Assembly (NCBI RefSeq): GCF_001194135.2
Contig: NC_068981.1
Location: forward strand, 10,481,778 to 10,545,777
DNA length: 64,000 nucleotides
Reading direction: 5' to 3'
From: Octopus bimaculoides
Lineage: Eukaryota
Position numbers and translations under genes: made by a program. The number at the start of each line of letters is the position of its first letter. Positions within the stretch are counted from its first letter, which is position 1. Below, in pieces: positions 11,266 through 24,463 of this stretch. Below the pieces are notes generated by a model that did not search any database, was not told the DNA's origin, and saw only the letters and a program-made list of their open reading frames with translations.

Positions 11266-12470
11266 ACACTCTAAAGTGGTTGGTGTTAGGAAGGGCATCC
11301 AGCTGTAGAAACCTTGCTAGAACAGACAATGGAACCTGGTACAACTCTCTGCCTTGCCAACTCTTGTCAAGCCATCCGACTCATGCCAGCATAGAAAGCA
11401 AGCATTAGATGATGATGATTTGGCTCTCGAGCCAATGCTACAGAAGAAGGAACTTTCCAGGGGCATCCATTCTGAGCTGGGATAGATGAGAACTGCTTCA
11501 GCATTTGCGGATGCTACCACAGTAAAGGTATCAGACTCCAAGGAAGTAAAAGTAGTCNNNNNNNNNNNNNNNNNNNNNNNNNNNNNNNNNNNNNNNNNNN
11601 NNNNNNNNNNNNNNNNNNNNNNNNNNNNNNNNNNNNNNNNNNNNNNNNNNNNNNNNNNNNNNNNNNNNNNNNNNNNNNNNNNNNNNNNNNNNNNNNNNNN
11701 NNNNNNNNNNNNNNNNNNNNNNNNNNNNNNNNNNNNNNNNNNNNNNNNNNNNNNNNNNNNNNNNNNNNNNNNNNNNNNNNNNNNNNNNNNNNNNNNNNNN
11801 NNNNNNNNNNNNNNNNNNNNNNNNNNNNNNNNNNNNNNNNNNNNNNNNNNNNNNNNNNNNNNNNNNNNNNNNNNNNNNNNNNNNNNNNNNNNNNNNNNNN
11901 NNNNNNNNNNNNNNNNNNNNNNNNNNNNNNNNNNNNNNNNNNNNNNNNNNNNNNNNNNNNNNNNNNNNNNNNNNNNNNNNNNNNNNNNNNNNNNNNNNNN
12001 NNNNNNNNNNNNNNNNNNNNNNNNNNNNNNNNNNNNNNNNNNNNNNNNNNNNNNNNNNNNNNNNNNNNNNNNNNNNNNNNNNNNNNNNNNNNNNNNNNNN
12101 NNNNNNNNNNNNNNNNNNNNNNNNNNNNNNNNNNNNNNNNNNNNNNNNNNNNNNNNNNNNNNNNNNNNNNNNNNNNNNNNNNNNNNNNNNNNNNNNNNNN
12201 NNNNNNNNNNNNNNNNNNNNNNNNNNNNNNNNNNNNNNNNNNNNNNNNNNNNNNNNNNNNNNNNNNNNNNNNNNNNNNNNNNNNNNNNNNNNNNNNNNNN
12301 NNNNNNNNNNNNNNNNNNNNNNNNNNNNNNNNNNNNNNNNNNNNNNNNNNNNNNNNNNNNNNNNNNNNNNNNNNNNNNNNNNNNNNNNNNNNGGAGCAAT
12401 GGTATCAACTTACCCTTCTCCTTAAAATTGCAGGCCTTATACCAAAATTTAAAATTATTGTTATCATTAT

Positions 12471-12760
12471 AGGTACAGCCATGGCTGTGTGGTTAAGAAG
12501 TTTGCTTCCCAACCACATGGTTTCAAATTCAGTCCCACTGTGTGGCACCTTGAGCAAGTGTCTTCTGCTGTAGCCTTGGGCTGACCAAAGCCATGTGAGG
12601 GGATTTAGTAGACAGAAACTAAAAGCCCATCATCTATACATGTGTGCGCGTGCATGTGTGTGTCTTTGTGTCTGTGTTTGTCCCCCACCATCACTTGACA
12701 ATTTGTGTTGGTGTGTTTACATTCCTGTAACTTAGCGGTTCGGCAAAAGAGCCTGATATA
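12471..12760 (+). mobile_element. SINE family A copy (3' truncated)
   Basis: Head aggtacagccatggctgtgtggttaag..., family body. Confidence 0.8.
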
Positions 12761-12809
12761 ATGCAAAAATATCCTAAAAAACTGCTACTCAGAGTTTCCT
12801 GTTCCCGTT

Positions 12810-13041
12810 CATCAGACAGTTGTGATTAAGAATGGGACAAGAATTAAGGTTATATTTTCTTCGATTTTACACAAAATGATATTCAATTTTATATCACCAT
12901 TTCTTAAAAAAGAAAACGTTAGTTGAAACAACCAATGAAATGAAACCAAATTCAAATGTGTATCTGTCAATGTAAATTGTACAATATATTTACACATATA
13001 ACTTTAATTCTTGTCCCATTCTTAATCACAACTGTCTGATG
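12810..13041. mobile_element. MITE-like element with 45-bp inverted arms
   Basis: 12810-12854 vs 12997-13041, 1 mismatch. Confidence 0.75.
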
Positions 13042-13119
13042 AATAGGAACGTGAAAATCTGAGTAGCAGTTTTTCGTGGTATTTTTGCAGTTTTAATAAT
13101 AAAGTATATATATGTATTG

Positions 13120-13482
13120 CCAGGGCCCCTGGACTGGCTCTTGTGCGGGTGGCACATAAGATGTACCATCCTGAGCGTGACCGTTGCCAGTACCGCCTGA
13201 CTGGCCTTGTAGGGTTTTCGAGCGAGATCATTGCCAGTGCCCCTGGACTGGCTCTTGTGCGAGTGGCACATAAAAGACACCATTTCGAGCGTGGCCGTTT
13301 TCGTGCGGGTGACACGTAAAAGCACCCACTACACTCTCTGAGTGGTTGGCGTTAGGAAGGGCATCCAGCTGTAGAAACTCTGCCAAATTAGATTGGAGCC
13401 TGGTGTAGCCATCCGGTTGCACCAGTCCTCAGTCAAATCGTCCAACCCATGCTAGCATGGAAAGCGGACGTTAAACGATGAT
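13120..13482 (+). mobile_element. RTE 3'-tail element with tandem modules (similar copies ~19070-19575 -, 26850-27146 +, 32004-32133 +, 48095-48260 +, 50640-50815 +, 57605-57958 +, 60108-60600 -)
   Basis: ggcgttaggaagggcatccagctgtagaaac...ccaacccatgctagcatggaaagcggacgttaaacgatgat core. Confidence 0.85.
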
Positions 13483-14149
13483 NNNNNNNNNNNNNNNNNN
13501 NNNNNNNNNNNNNNNNNNNNNNNNNNNNNNNNNNNNNNNNNNNNNNNNNNNNNNNNNNNNNNNNNNNNNNNNNNNNNNNNNNNNNNNNNNNNNNNNNNNN
13601 NNNNNNNNNNNNNNNNNNNNNNNNNNNNNNNNNNNNNNNNNNNNNNNNNNNNNNNNNNNNNNNNNNNNNNNNNNNNNNNNNNNNNNNNNNNNNNNNNNNN
13701 NNNNNNNNNNNNNNNNNNNNNNNNNNNNNNNNNNNNNNNNNNNNNNNNNNNNNNNNNNNNNNNNNNNNNNNNNNNNNNNNNNNNNNNNNNNNNNNNNNNN
13801 NNNNNNNNNNNNNNNNNNNNNNNNNNNNNNNNNNNNNNNNNNNNNNNNNNNNNNNNNNNNNNNNNNNNNNNNNNNNNNNNNNNNNNNNNNNNNNNNNNNN
13901 NNNNNNNNNNNNNNNNNNNNNNNNNNNNNNNNNNNNNNNNNNNNNNNNNNNNNNNNNNNNNNNNNNNNNNNNNNNNNNNNNNNNNNNNNNNNNNNNNNNN
14001 NNNNNNNNNNNNNNNNNNNNNNNNNNNNNNNNNNNNNNNNNNNNNNNNNNNNNNNNNNNNNNNNNNNNNNNNNNNNNNNNNNNNNNNNNNNNNNNNNNNN
14101 NNNNNNNNNNNNNNNNNNNNNNNNNNNNNNNNNNNNNNNNNNNNNNNNN

Positions 14150-14180
<31 letters not shown>

Positions 14181-14769
14181 CTATATATATATACACATTA
14201 TATATACATGTGTGTGTGAGTGTGTGTGTCAACACTGTACGGTTCTTTCCTTGTTTGAAAAACTGCCTTCTAACAGAATAAAACTTTTTTCGATATATGG
14301 TTGGCACTAGAATATTCAAAGCTGATTCTCATCTTACCCAACAAGGTATAATTCCAACATAACTACTTCACCATGGTTGTTAAACTAAACTCATACACAT
14401 GTCTTATCAACATTTGTTCTGTTTCGTTTCCATTTATTCCAACACAGCTCTTTTGGTTGTTTTCTCAGACTTTGAGTAAAACAACTTCAAAGTAGTTTAT
14501 TACTGCATCACAATGTTGGCAGACTTCTGAAGTGAGAAGGGGTGGGGGTGCCGAGGTGAGAGAGAGAGATAGGGAGAAAAAAAGAAACTGGAAACAGAAG
14601 AAATAATAGTTTGCTGCCATAATAATCAAAAGATGGTTTCATCATCCTCAATAAAATATTGACAAACTGGAAATTGTATTGGTTTTGTTGTTGTTCTTGT
14701 TGTTGTCCTTTAGCCCCAGTACTACAGTACTATTCCTGTTATAGCACCAGGTATAGGATTATGAAAGCT

Positions 14770-15092
14770 AGCACTCCGTCGGTTACGACGACGAGGGTCC
14801 CAGTTGATCCGATCAACGGAACGGCTTGCTCTTGAAATTAACATGCAAGTGACTGAGCAATCTACAGACACGTGTACCCTTAACGTAGTTCTCAGAGAGA
14901 TTTGGGGTGACACAGAGTGTGACAAGGCCGGCCCTTTGAAATACAGGTACTACTCATTTTTGCCAGCTGAGTGGACTGGAGCAACGTGAAATAAAGTGTC
15001 TTGCTCAAGGACACAATGCGTCGCCTGGAATCGAACTCATGACCTTCCGATCGTGAGCCGAATGCCTCTAACCACTAAGCCACATGCCTTCA
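14770..15092 (-). mobile_element. tRNA-derived CORE-type SINE (similar copies ~17065-17345 +, 34785-35095 +)
   Basis: A/B boxes tggcttagtgg / gagttcgattcc, CORE-like gtgtccttgagcaagacact, 3' gtcgtcgtaaccgacggagtg; resembles Octopus OR-type SINEs (from memory). Confidence 0.75.
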
Positions 15093-15949
15093 CTATGAAA
15101 GCTAAGAGATAAGGTTGAAAGAAAGATTACAGGAAAGTAAGATATCAAATAGCAAGAATCTGGACATGAGGTATAACAACAGAAATGGTAGAAAGAAGAA
15201 AAAGCTTGCAAATGTTCTCTAATATGAAGACCTGAAACCTCCATAAGGCATTTCAAATTGGTAAGTAGCATGCTAGAGATGTGTCTAGAATGATAATTGA
15301 ATAGTCAATGTTTAATGATAACGAAAAGAGACTTTGAAGCACTGCTATGAGAGGCTCTTGGGATATATGGAAGCATGAGAGTGAGTCAGTCTATCCTGAG
15401 TTGTCATGATTCAATCTCTTTTTTTTTTTTTTTTTTTACTCTTTTACTTGTTCCAGTCATTTGACTGTGGCCATGCTAGAACACTGCCTTTAGTCGAGTA
15501 AATCGATCCCAGGACTTATTCTTTGGAAGCCTAGTACTTATTCTATCGGTTTCTTTTGCCGAACCGCTAAGTTACAGGGATGTAACCATGTGGTTAGTAA
15601 GTAAGCTACTTACCACACAGCCACTCCTGCGCCAATGTTCATCTTTTGTTATGGTGAATAGGAGAGAGAGTATCATATAGGATAGGATCGGATAAAGTTT
15701 CTTCTGGAGTCGTAGAGATTCATAGAACTAGTTTCTGTGGCACATATATTTTCCCCTTGGATAGGACACTGGTCCATCACAGATTACTCATTTTTGCCAC
15801 CTGAGTGGACTGAGCCAATGTGAAATGAAGTATTTTGCTCCAGAGCACAATGCATTGCCCAGTCCAGAAATCGAAACCACATTCTTCTGATCATGATTCC
15901 AACACCCTAACAATTAAGCCATGTTCCTCCAAAGAGCCTCCTGTAAGTC

Positions 15950-16645
15950 ATAACGGAAGAGTTTAAGACCAGCTACCTGTTGGAACTCCTGTATGGCAAT
16001 GATCTAGTTCACAGAACTGAATCTCTCGTAGATTTAGAGAAGAAATTCTTAACCTGGAAGCAAAACCTAGAATTGAAAGGCCTCTATGTAAATTTTACAA
16101 AGACTTAAGTATTAATAGGTTGCAAAGAAGATAGGACTGTGTTACAATCAGTGGGGAAAAGGCCTTGCTGTGTATTTAGAAAAGGATAAGCTAGAAACTT
16201 CCATACTATGACCTTGTTTCCAGTCAGTATTAAGTACAGAGGTACAAAAAATACAGTGGAATCACAGGCAGGCTAACAGAGCAGTAGATTTCTTTGTATA
16301 GGTGCACAGGGGCAATAAACACTATGAATGCATGTGAAATAGATTCTCTCAGATGCCTAGAAAGCTCCCTGGATGTAGTTGATAGTTTTTGTTACCTGGT
16401 GACCTAATTAACAATGGAGACGAATGTTCCACAAGCATAGAGTAGCCAGGTTGGAAAAAAAGTTCTGGGAGCTATTGGTGTTGTTGTTTACAAAGGGTTT
16501 CTTTCTCTGAATGAAAGGTAAATTGTATGATACTTGTGTATGAACTGTAATGCTGCTTGGTAATGAATGTTGGCCCTGAATGCAGAGGTTTTGTGAAGAT
16601 TAGAAAGAAATAAAGCATATTCTGCCAGATGTGTGTATAACTCTA
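15950..16645 (+). mobile_element. Degenerate RTE reverse-transcriptase fragment
   Basis: Frameshifted LLY.NDLV..KF..WKQNLE.KGL, VVDSFCY, KGKLYDTCV, RLERN motifs. Confidence 0.7.
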
Positions 16646-17550
16646 TATGGCTTTTTTTTTAATGCTTTTAACATTTGATTGTCTTGGTGATGCAGAGTCA
16701 ACAATCATCTTCTCTGCAAGGCAGAGCATCTTGAGAACAATGCTCATTGCTTTGTTCCAGGTTTTCTTCTTCCATAAGTTCTATCAACTGAGAATATTCT
16801 GCACATCTTTAAACAGTTGTCATCCTCCATACACATTATATCAGAAGTCTTTTCTTTTCTACACTACATCCGATTCATCTTGCATCCAGATTTTCTCAGT
16901 TCATTTGTATTACATTGTCCATGCATTACGTATTTTAAAAGCCTGGACTTATTTGATTGGTTTCTTTTGCTGAGCCGCTAAGTTATGGGGACATCAACAA
17001 AGCGACACCAAATTGTTAAGCAGAGATGGAGGACAAAGACACACAGATATATATACGATGAAAGCCCATGGCTCAGTGGTTAAAGTGTCACACTTACAAT
17101 CATGAGGTAACTAATTTGATTCTTGGACTGGGTTGTGTTGTTCTTGAGCAAGACTCTTTATTTCACGTTGCTCAAGTTCATTCAGCTGTAGAAATGAGTT
17201 GCGACATCTCTGGTGCGAAGTTATATCAGCCTTCGCCTTTTTCTAGGACATCATCAGTGCCATGGAGATGAGAGGCTGGTATGCATGGATGACTGCTGGT
17301 CTTCTATAAACAAATTTGCCCAGACTTGTATCTCAAAGGGGAACTTTCTAGGTGCAATTCCATGGTCATTCATTACCGAAGGAGGTCTTTTATAATACGA
17401 CAGGCTATTTTCAGTTTCCATCTACCAAATCCACTCACAAATCTTTGGTTGGCCCAGGGCCATAGTAGAAGGCATTTGCCCAAGATGACACTTCCTGGAA
17501 CCACGTGGTTGGGAAGCAAACTTCTTAGCACACAGCCATATCTGCATCTA

Positions 17551-18171
17551 TGAGAGGAAGTCAAAAATTATCTGCACTTTAACCATAACATCTTTAGTAT
17601 TGCCACACTGCCTTCTGTGCAAACGTGCTTATAGTTGGTACTATTGTGATCACATGATCAAAGTTTGAGCCTGACTGCGCCATTTTTCTTTCCAGATTTA
17701 CAGTGTAAGCATGGCCGCTTCACTAGCAATGTGCACAAAAGAACAAAGAGCAGTGATCCGATTGCTCTGGAGAAGAGGTGTACAATCAACAGTGCTTTGC
17801 TGGCTAATAAACTGAAGCCAGCAATTCAGACCAAATACGGAAACCTATTGAAGAAAGTTTTGTTGTTGCATGACAATGCATGCTATCACATGGTTGCCCA
17901 AACCGTTGAAAGCATTAACCAATTGGGTTTTGAGGTGCTGGAACACCCTGCCTACCCCTTTCTGACTATCATATCTTTGGACCACTCAAAGATGGTTTAC
18001 AAGGTTGACAATTTCCTATGGATGAAGATGTGAAGGAAGCAGTGAATATGCAAGCTTGTGGACCACTGGACCAAGTGCATCAAAAAAGGGGACTATCTAT
18101 CTGTTTATCTCCTGCTTTTGTGTAAATACATTGAAAAATCAAGAGTGCGTATAATTTTTGACTCTCCCTTG
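17551..18171 (+). mobile_element. Internally deleted mariner element with both TIRs and TA flanks
   Basis: TIRs tgagaggaagtcaaaaattatctgcact / agtgcgtataatttttgactctcccttg; ORF remnant VLLLHDNA..LEHPAYP. Confidence 0.85.
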
Positions 18172-20842
18172 TATATAGTTGATGAATTTAACCCAGAGTA
18201 TTGCCAGGATAGGTAAAATGGGAAGAGGAAAGCAGTTTTTAGTAGGCTCCCCCCACTTTTTTTAACAAAATAAAAAATTTAAATTTAAAAAAAAAAAAAA
18301 AAAGAAAGGAACAATTTATTGGAAAAAGTTTTTCTTTTATTAAAAACATTTCGTGTTTAGAACTTTTAGACCAAAATGAAGTTTGATATTGTGTAAGATG
18401 GAACTTATTTCAGTTGTCGCTCACATAAGAGATGGATGAAGGGAATGTCTTTACACAAATTATGTAGAAAGAGCAAACTACTACCTGTTATTTCTACAAT
18501 CATACTTTGAGACAACAGTTTCTTTTGGTAATGAAGAGACATAAAAAACATGAAGCTGAAATAATAATTCACTGAAAGCATGCTTTACCTAGAAAGCATT
18601 TCAAAATATATAATTATTATAACAAGAGAAACTAACCTCATTCTACTGGAAGCTTGTTATATAAATAAAAGCTGACACAAACCTAAAACGATACCAAGGA
18701 AGTTAAATATGTCGCTGCCAGATATCAAAGTCGACACCAAATATTTCTTTTTTATTTTTGTTTTGTTTTAATAATTACATAAAGATCTGTGTGGGGGAAG
18801 GGAGACAGAAACATCTAGCAATCTCTCTTACAAATAGTCAATCACTAATCTGTTGTTCAATAGAAAGCAACAAAAGAAAAAATGATACTTTACAATGGAA
18901 AGCATGTTTTTAAAACTGCGTTCTACATACTTATTTAATCTTTTATTAATAATGATAAATATAGCAATGTTTCTTTTCTTTAAGCTTAACCCTTTAGCAT
19001 TTAAACCAGCCATACATATCCTACTTGATTTATGTTCAAACGATCTAAATCTGGCCCCTCACACCTCCCCAACATCCATTTTCCATGCTGGCATGGAAAA
19101 TGGTTTGGACGGTTTGACCGAGGTCTGGAGAACCAGCAGCTGCACGAGGCTCCAATCTGATCTGGTAATGTTTCTACAGCTGGATGCCCCTCTTCATGCC
19201 AACCACTCCGAGAGTGTAGTGGGTGCTTTTTACGTGCCACCGGCACAGGAGCCAGTCAGGCAGGCCTGGCATGGATCACGTTTGGATAATGCTTTTCACG
19301 TGCCACTAGCATTGACCACGTTCAGATGGCGCTTTTTACTTGCCACCAGCACAAGAGCCAGTCAGGAGGTACAGGCATCAACCAACAATCAGTTGGTGCT
19401 TTTTACGTGCCACTGGCATGGGAGCCCAGTCAGGTGGACTGGGCATCAACCACATTTGGAGGGTGCTTTTCATGTGTCACCGGCATGGGATCCAGTCAGG
19501 GGGCACTGGCCCCAGCTACGGTATTGGTTTTACTTTACTCAACAGGTCTTCTCAAGCATATGTCATTTTAAAAAATAAGCACTCATATCATTGAACTCTC
19601 AAAGCTATGAGATAATCCATGATTAATTCAAAACAATGTGATTAAATAAGCTTTACATTTGACAGAGTAATCTGAATGCTAAAGGGTGAATCAGAGAAGG
19701 GTAGCACCTGTAACCTTTGACAGGGCTGCCAAAACTGATGAAAGGATAAAGGAAAAATAGTGTTCTGTGAGTAAAGAATCACATCATATAGTGAGGACTG
19801 TTTGGGGTTAGAGTGTCCAGTTTGTGTTCAAACTGGCCAGATCTGGCTTCTCACACCTATCGCACAATGTCATTCTAAGAATAAACAACAATCATAATCT
19901 TGAGGCTACAAGATAATGCATGATTAAACCAAAACAATGTGAATAAATAAGCAGTACATTTGACAGTAATCTGAATGTAAAAGGGTTAATCATGTATCTA
20001 TGATTAAAGTGAGGAAATTTCACAGATAAATTAATTGAACAACAAAACAAAATATAAAAATGAGGATGAGATTATCTGAAAAAACAAAATATATTTTAAT
20101 ACATCTATAAATATTTTTTTTTTTAAATAATTAAGAAGCAGAAAAAGAAAAAGGGAGCAGACAAAGCTTTATATTGAAGTATTGAATTTTATTTATTTAT
20201 ATATATAAACATAAAGCTAAATGACAGCAGTTCTGGTAATGGTAGTATCTTGGCGATCTGTAATTAAATAGAATGCAACAGACAGAACAATATACAGGAA
20301 AACATATTTATGAAGAGAATATTTGGAGACGGGGGAAAAAAAAAAAAAAGGGTAAAAACCTACATTTTAGATTTTATTTGATTATAATATAACTAGAACT
20401 GAAAGGTGAGAGGAGAGATAAATTGAGACTTGAAAGCCGCAATTCTCATGTAATTGGACTAATTTTAATGAATAATATCAATGAATGTTTAATGTTCAGT
20501 ACAAAGTCAAATTGGTAATAATTACATATGAATACATTATTTAGTCACCACTTAGTGACTTGAGTAAAATGTTCAATAAAATCTTTCCCTGGGGTAGCAA
20601 CAGGACAGGTGGATTTTACAGCTAACCGGATCTCCCAGCAGTTGTCATACATCATATATATAATATATATATATATATATAATGTTCTTCTAGATACATT
20701 TAATTTGTTTTTTATATCAAGCAGCATAATGGGGAATTCGTATTATGTTTTTATTATATTTTATTAACTAAGCTGTAACAACATACACAAACATGAAGAG
20801 AGGAGAATTGTTCTTGTCAGACAGAAATGCAGGATTAAGAAC

Positions 20843-20879
<37 letters not shown>

Positions 20880-21480
20880 TGAAAAATAAAATCATGAACT
20901 GGATGAAGTAATGGTGAAAACTAATTTTTACAAATTTGGTAAGAGCCACTTATAGGAAATGGCAGCTTGTTTAAAACATACACAAGCAAACAAAACAAGA
21001 AACAATAAAAATGCAGTTTTCATACCACNNNNNNNNNNNNNNNNNNNNNNNNNNNNNNNNNNNNNNNNNNNNNNNNNNNNNNNNNNNNNNNNNNNNNNNN
21101 NNNNNNNNNNNNNNNNNNNNNNNNNNNNNNNNNNNNNNNNNNNNNNNNNNNNNNNNNNNNNNNNNNNNNNNNNNNNNNNNNNNNNNNNNNNNNNNNNNNN
21201 NNNNNNNNNNNNNNNNNNNNNNNNNNNNNNNNNNNNNNNNNNNNNNNNNNNNNNNNNNNNNNNNNNNNNNNNNNNNNNNNNNNNNNNNNNNNNNNNNNNN
21301 NNNNNNNNNNNNNNNNNNNNNNNNNNNNNNNNNNNNNNNNNNNNNNNNNNNNNNNNNNNNNNNNNNNNNNNNNNNNNNNNNNNNNNNNNNNNNNNNNNNN
21401 NNNNNNNNNNNNNNNNNNAGTTACATTTCTGACTCGATTAGAATATTTCTATATTGTTTTCTTTTTTTGTTGTTTTGATG

Positions 21481-21513
<33 letters not shown>

Positions 21514-23299
21514 AACTCTATGAATCTCAATTAGATTTCCATCTGAGGAAGGTGATACAGGAGACATTTTCATGAAATTGAGCACAAAAGTTTCAATAAC
21601 AAGCATTGATGATGACAAAAAAAAAGTTTGGATGTAAAAACTTTGAAAAAAAAATTAATAAATAAATATCAGGAAAAGTTGATTAAAAAAATAAATAACA
21701 CATACATTTGGACCCATTGACTAAGAATTGAGTGAAAAAAAAAAAAAATTTATGAAGTTTATCTGAAACAATATCACTAAAGAAAAGTCGTCACATGCAA
21801 AATTTTGTAGGTGACAATGTTTTGTATGTAATTTCAACATTCACAGACACACACTCAGATATATTCTCTCTCACTAACACTGAAAATTATTACCAAGAAT
21901 ATACAGACAAATTGAGTTATATACTTCTAAAACAGTTTTAATTTTGTTTGGTAATTTTTTTTCTTCTTATATTCATTCAAGTTTCTAAAATCTTTAACCA
22001 ACTTGAAAGGTATCAACTGAATTATGGCATAAAATTTGAATTTTTTTTTTACTTTTTTACTTTTTTTCATGTATGTAATATTCTACCAATGATGTGTGTG
22101 AATGTCAAACAGGTTTTGTTGAAATGAATATCAAACGAAAATGTTAAGAATTAACTAAAATTCTGACATTAAATTTTTGAGTCGAAATCAAAAAACAAAA
22201 ATAGGATCTCTTAAGAATAATAGAAATTGATAATTAATGAAATTCATCTAATGAGATAAGATCCATTATCAATATCAATTCTTTGGGATATTTTCCCGAA
22301 TAAGAATTAAATACTAATCACTTATTCTAATTAATTTTCCCAAACCAAAAAGGCTTCTTTGCTACGAGAGCTAACAGTCACATCTCCCTCAAATTACACT
22401 CTACTGTTTTAAACAAGGCTGTTGTAGTACTAGGTATACTATGCCTGCAAATAAACCTAGGAACAGCAAGAATACATTTGATCATAGGTCAGCTCAATCA
22501 GGGCAAACCTAGGGCTAAACAATAACATTACTCTTGAGTATTTAAGGAAGATGCTTAGTTTTTTTTTTTTTTCAAACTTTATCTAAAAATTAATATTTTC
22601 TTATTAAAAATGGATTTCTTTTTCACACTATATCAATAGAAATATAAAATATATTTTGGTAATGACTCAAAACTGAATAATTAAAAAGTAGGGAGAAGGG
22701 GAGGGGAGAAAAAAAATCAGAAACAGCCCCGAATTTGGATATTTGCCTTTGGCACTTTGAGGAATGTTGAAAGAATAATTAAGGAGAAATTATGATAACC
22801 AGTCTAATGAAGACCTAACATACTCAATAGACATTTAATTCAAGGTAAATCAGTTGTAATTGAGTTAAAGAACTTCCATGAAGAATTTCGTTCATTCAAG
22901 TTTCATCTCTGCAATTGGCAGTGAAGAGATCCTCAAAATGGTTGTAATTAGGTGATGGTGATGTGGTGGGGTGGATGCAGTGCTGCGCAGATTATAATAC
23001 CACCTGTTTACAGCTGAAGCATTGTTCTAATTGATGAACAAATGGAAAAGAGGAATATTATATATATTAAAAAAAAAAAAACGAAAATGTGTGTGTGTGT
23101 ATGTGTGATTGTTCTATGAAAAGGCAGCTATAAAAATGGCAAATATAGTTACAATAGAAGTTAGCAGCAGAATAGGAGAAATGAATGAGAAGAAAAAATA
23201 CATTCCTATCTAGACTGCCGTCTATGTACCACAAATGCTAAGCTGTAGTAATTTTCACAGGTATTACATTTTGCAGATATGTGTGTGTGTGTGTGTTTG

Positions 23300-23344
<45 letters not shown>

Positions 23345-24329
23345 CACAAACACACACATATATATATATAGATGTGTGTATATACATATATGTGTGCATG
23401 TTTATGTATATATATAAATACACATATGCCCACACAGACATGCATGCACACACAAGATGTACACGGAGAAACCTTTTAAAAGGTCCCATTTATAATGGAT
23501 GCACTTTGAACACATTCTAATATAACTGACTATAATTGATAAGGAACATCAGTAAAAAGTTGATCTTCAATGGGTGTCCTGATTCCATAGGCAACAATTG
23601 TTAACTGCCAATCAATTGACAAACTGGTCAATAAACTGTTTTAGAAATTTGCTTAGACACCAACTTTTCCTCCAGTTCAAGATGTAGTCAACCTCACATA
23701 TACACCCTTTGAATTTCCACCACAAATCTACAGTTATCTGTTGATGAATATCAAGGATACCATAACATGTAGGTTCACATTCCTGGTCCTATGGAAATAG
23801 GCTGCCTACAGTCGTAACAGGTTTTTCACATAATTATATTTCAACAAATCAAACAGAGGTTTAAATATTGGTTCCATAGTTGCTCAATCAAGGACAAGAA
23901 AAAACAATAATAATAATAATTATGCTTATATCAAAGGTTGAATTAGATGTAATAGATTAACTTTTCATGATGTTTCTTCAAACAAAAAAAGACATTCTAT
24001 TAAAATACAATTTTCATCAAGTCTCAAGAGATTCAAAGTTGCAAATAGTTTGTGTGTACACCAAATATACAAAACCCCTCAGACCCTGTGGTTATTTGAT
24101 TTTTTCTTTTTTTTTAGATTTTTTTTTTTTTGTCTTTTAAATGGAATCCAGTATAAATACCAAATAAAAAGGGAAACAAAAATACAGTAAACAAATCCCC
24201 ACAAAGTAAGAGAGGTTCAGCAATGACAATATAACAAATGTAAATCGCAGTCTCTTTATTATTATTAATATTATTTGATGAAAGACACATGGTAGTGAGC
24301 TCCTGCTTACTACCCCAGTGGTAGGGAGA

Positions 24330-24463
24330 TCATAAAAGCACTGGCATACTGAGGTGCACGTTTTCATTGACACTGTTGTCTGGGGTTTCTGTATATGTGT
24401 GAGCAGAGTCTTGAGATAATACATTACACAAGGCTTTCAAACAATTCCCAGGAATTAAACTTC
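24330..24463 (-). CDS. SBNO1: SBNO1 last coding exon: SLIPGNCLKALCNVLSQDSAHTYTETPDNSVNENVHLSMPVLL*
   Basis: Strong pyrimidine acceptor; G.LIP.NC matches GLIIPANC; TGA at 24330-24332. Confidence 0.88.

Noticed and set aside
11317-14319. Long ORFs in the track (363, 328, 282, 267 aa; also near 8.5-8.9, 21.0-21.5 and 28.6-28.9 kb)
   Set aside because: They span N gaps and are artefacts
18895-19578. 227-aa ORF on +
   Set aside because: It runs through a MITE and an antisense RTE tail; the same LQLDALPNANHSES peptide recurs in many repeat-derived ORFs
23206-23520. Overlapping ORFs rich in YI/CV/HT
   Set aside because: Translations of (TA)n/(TG)n microsatellites
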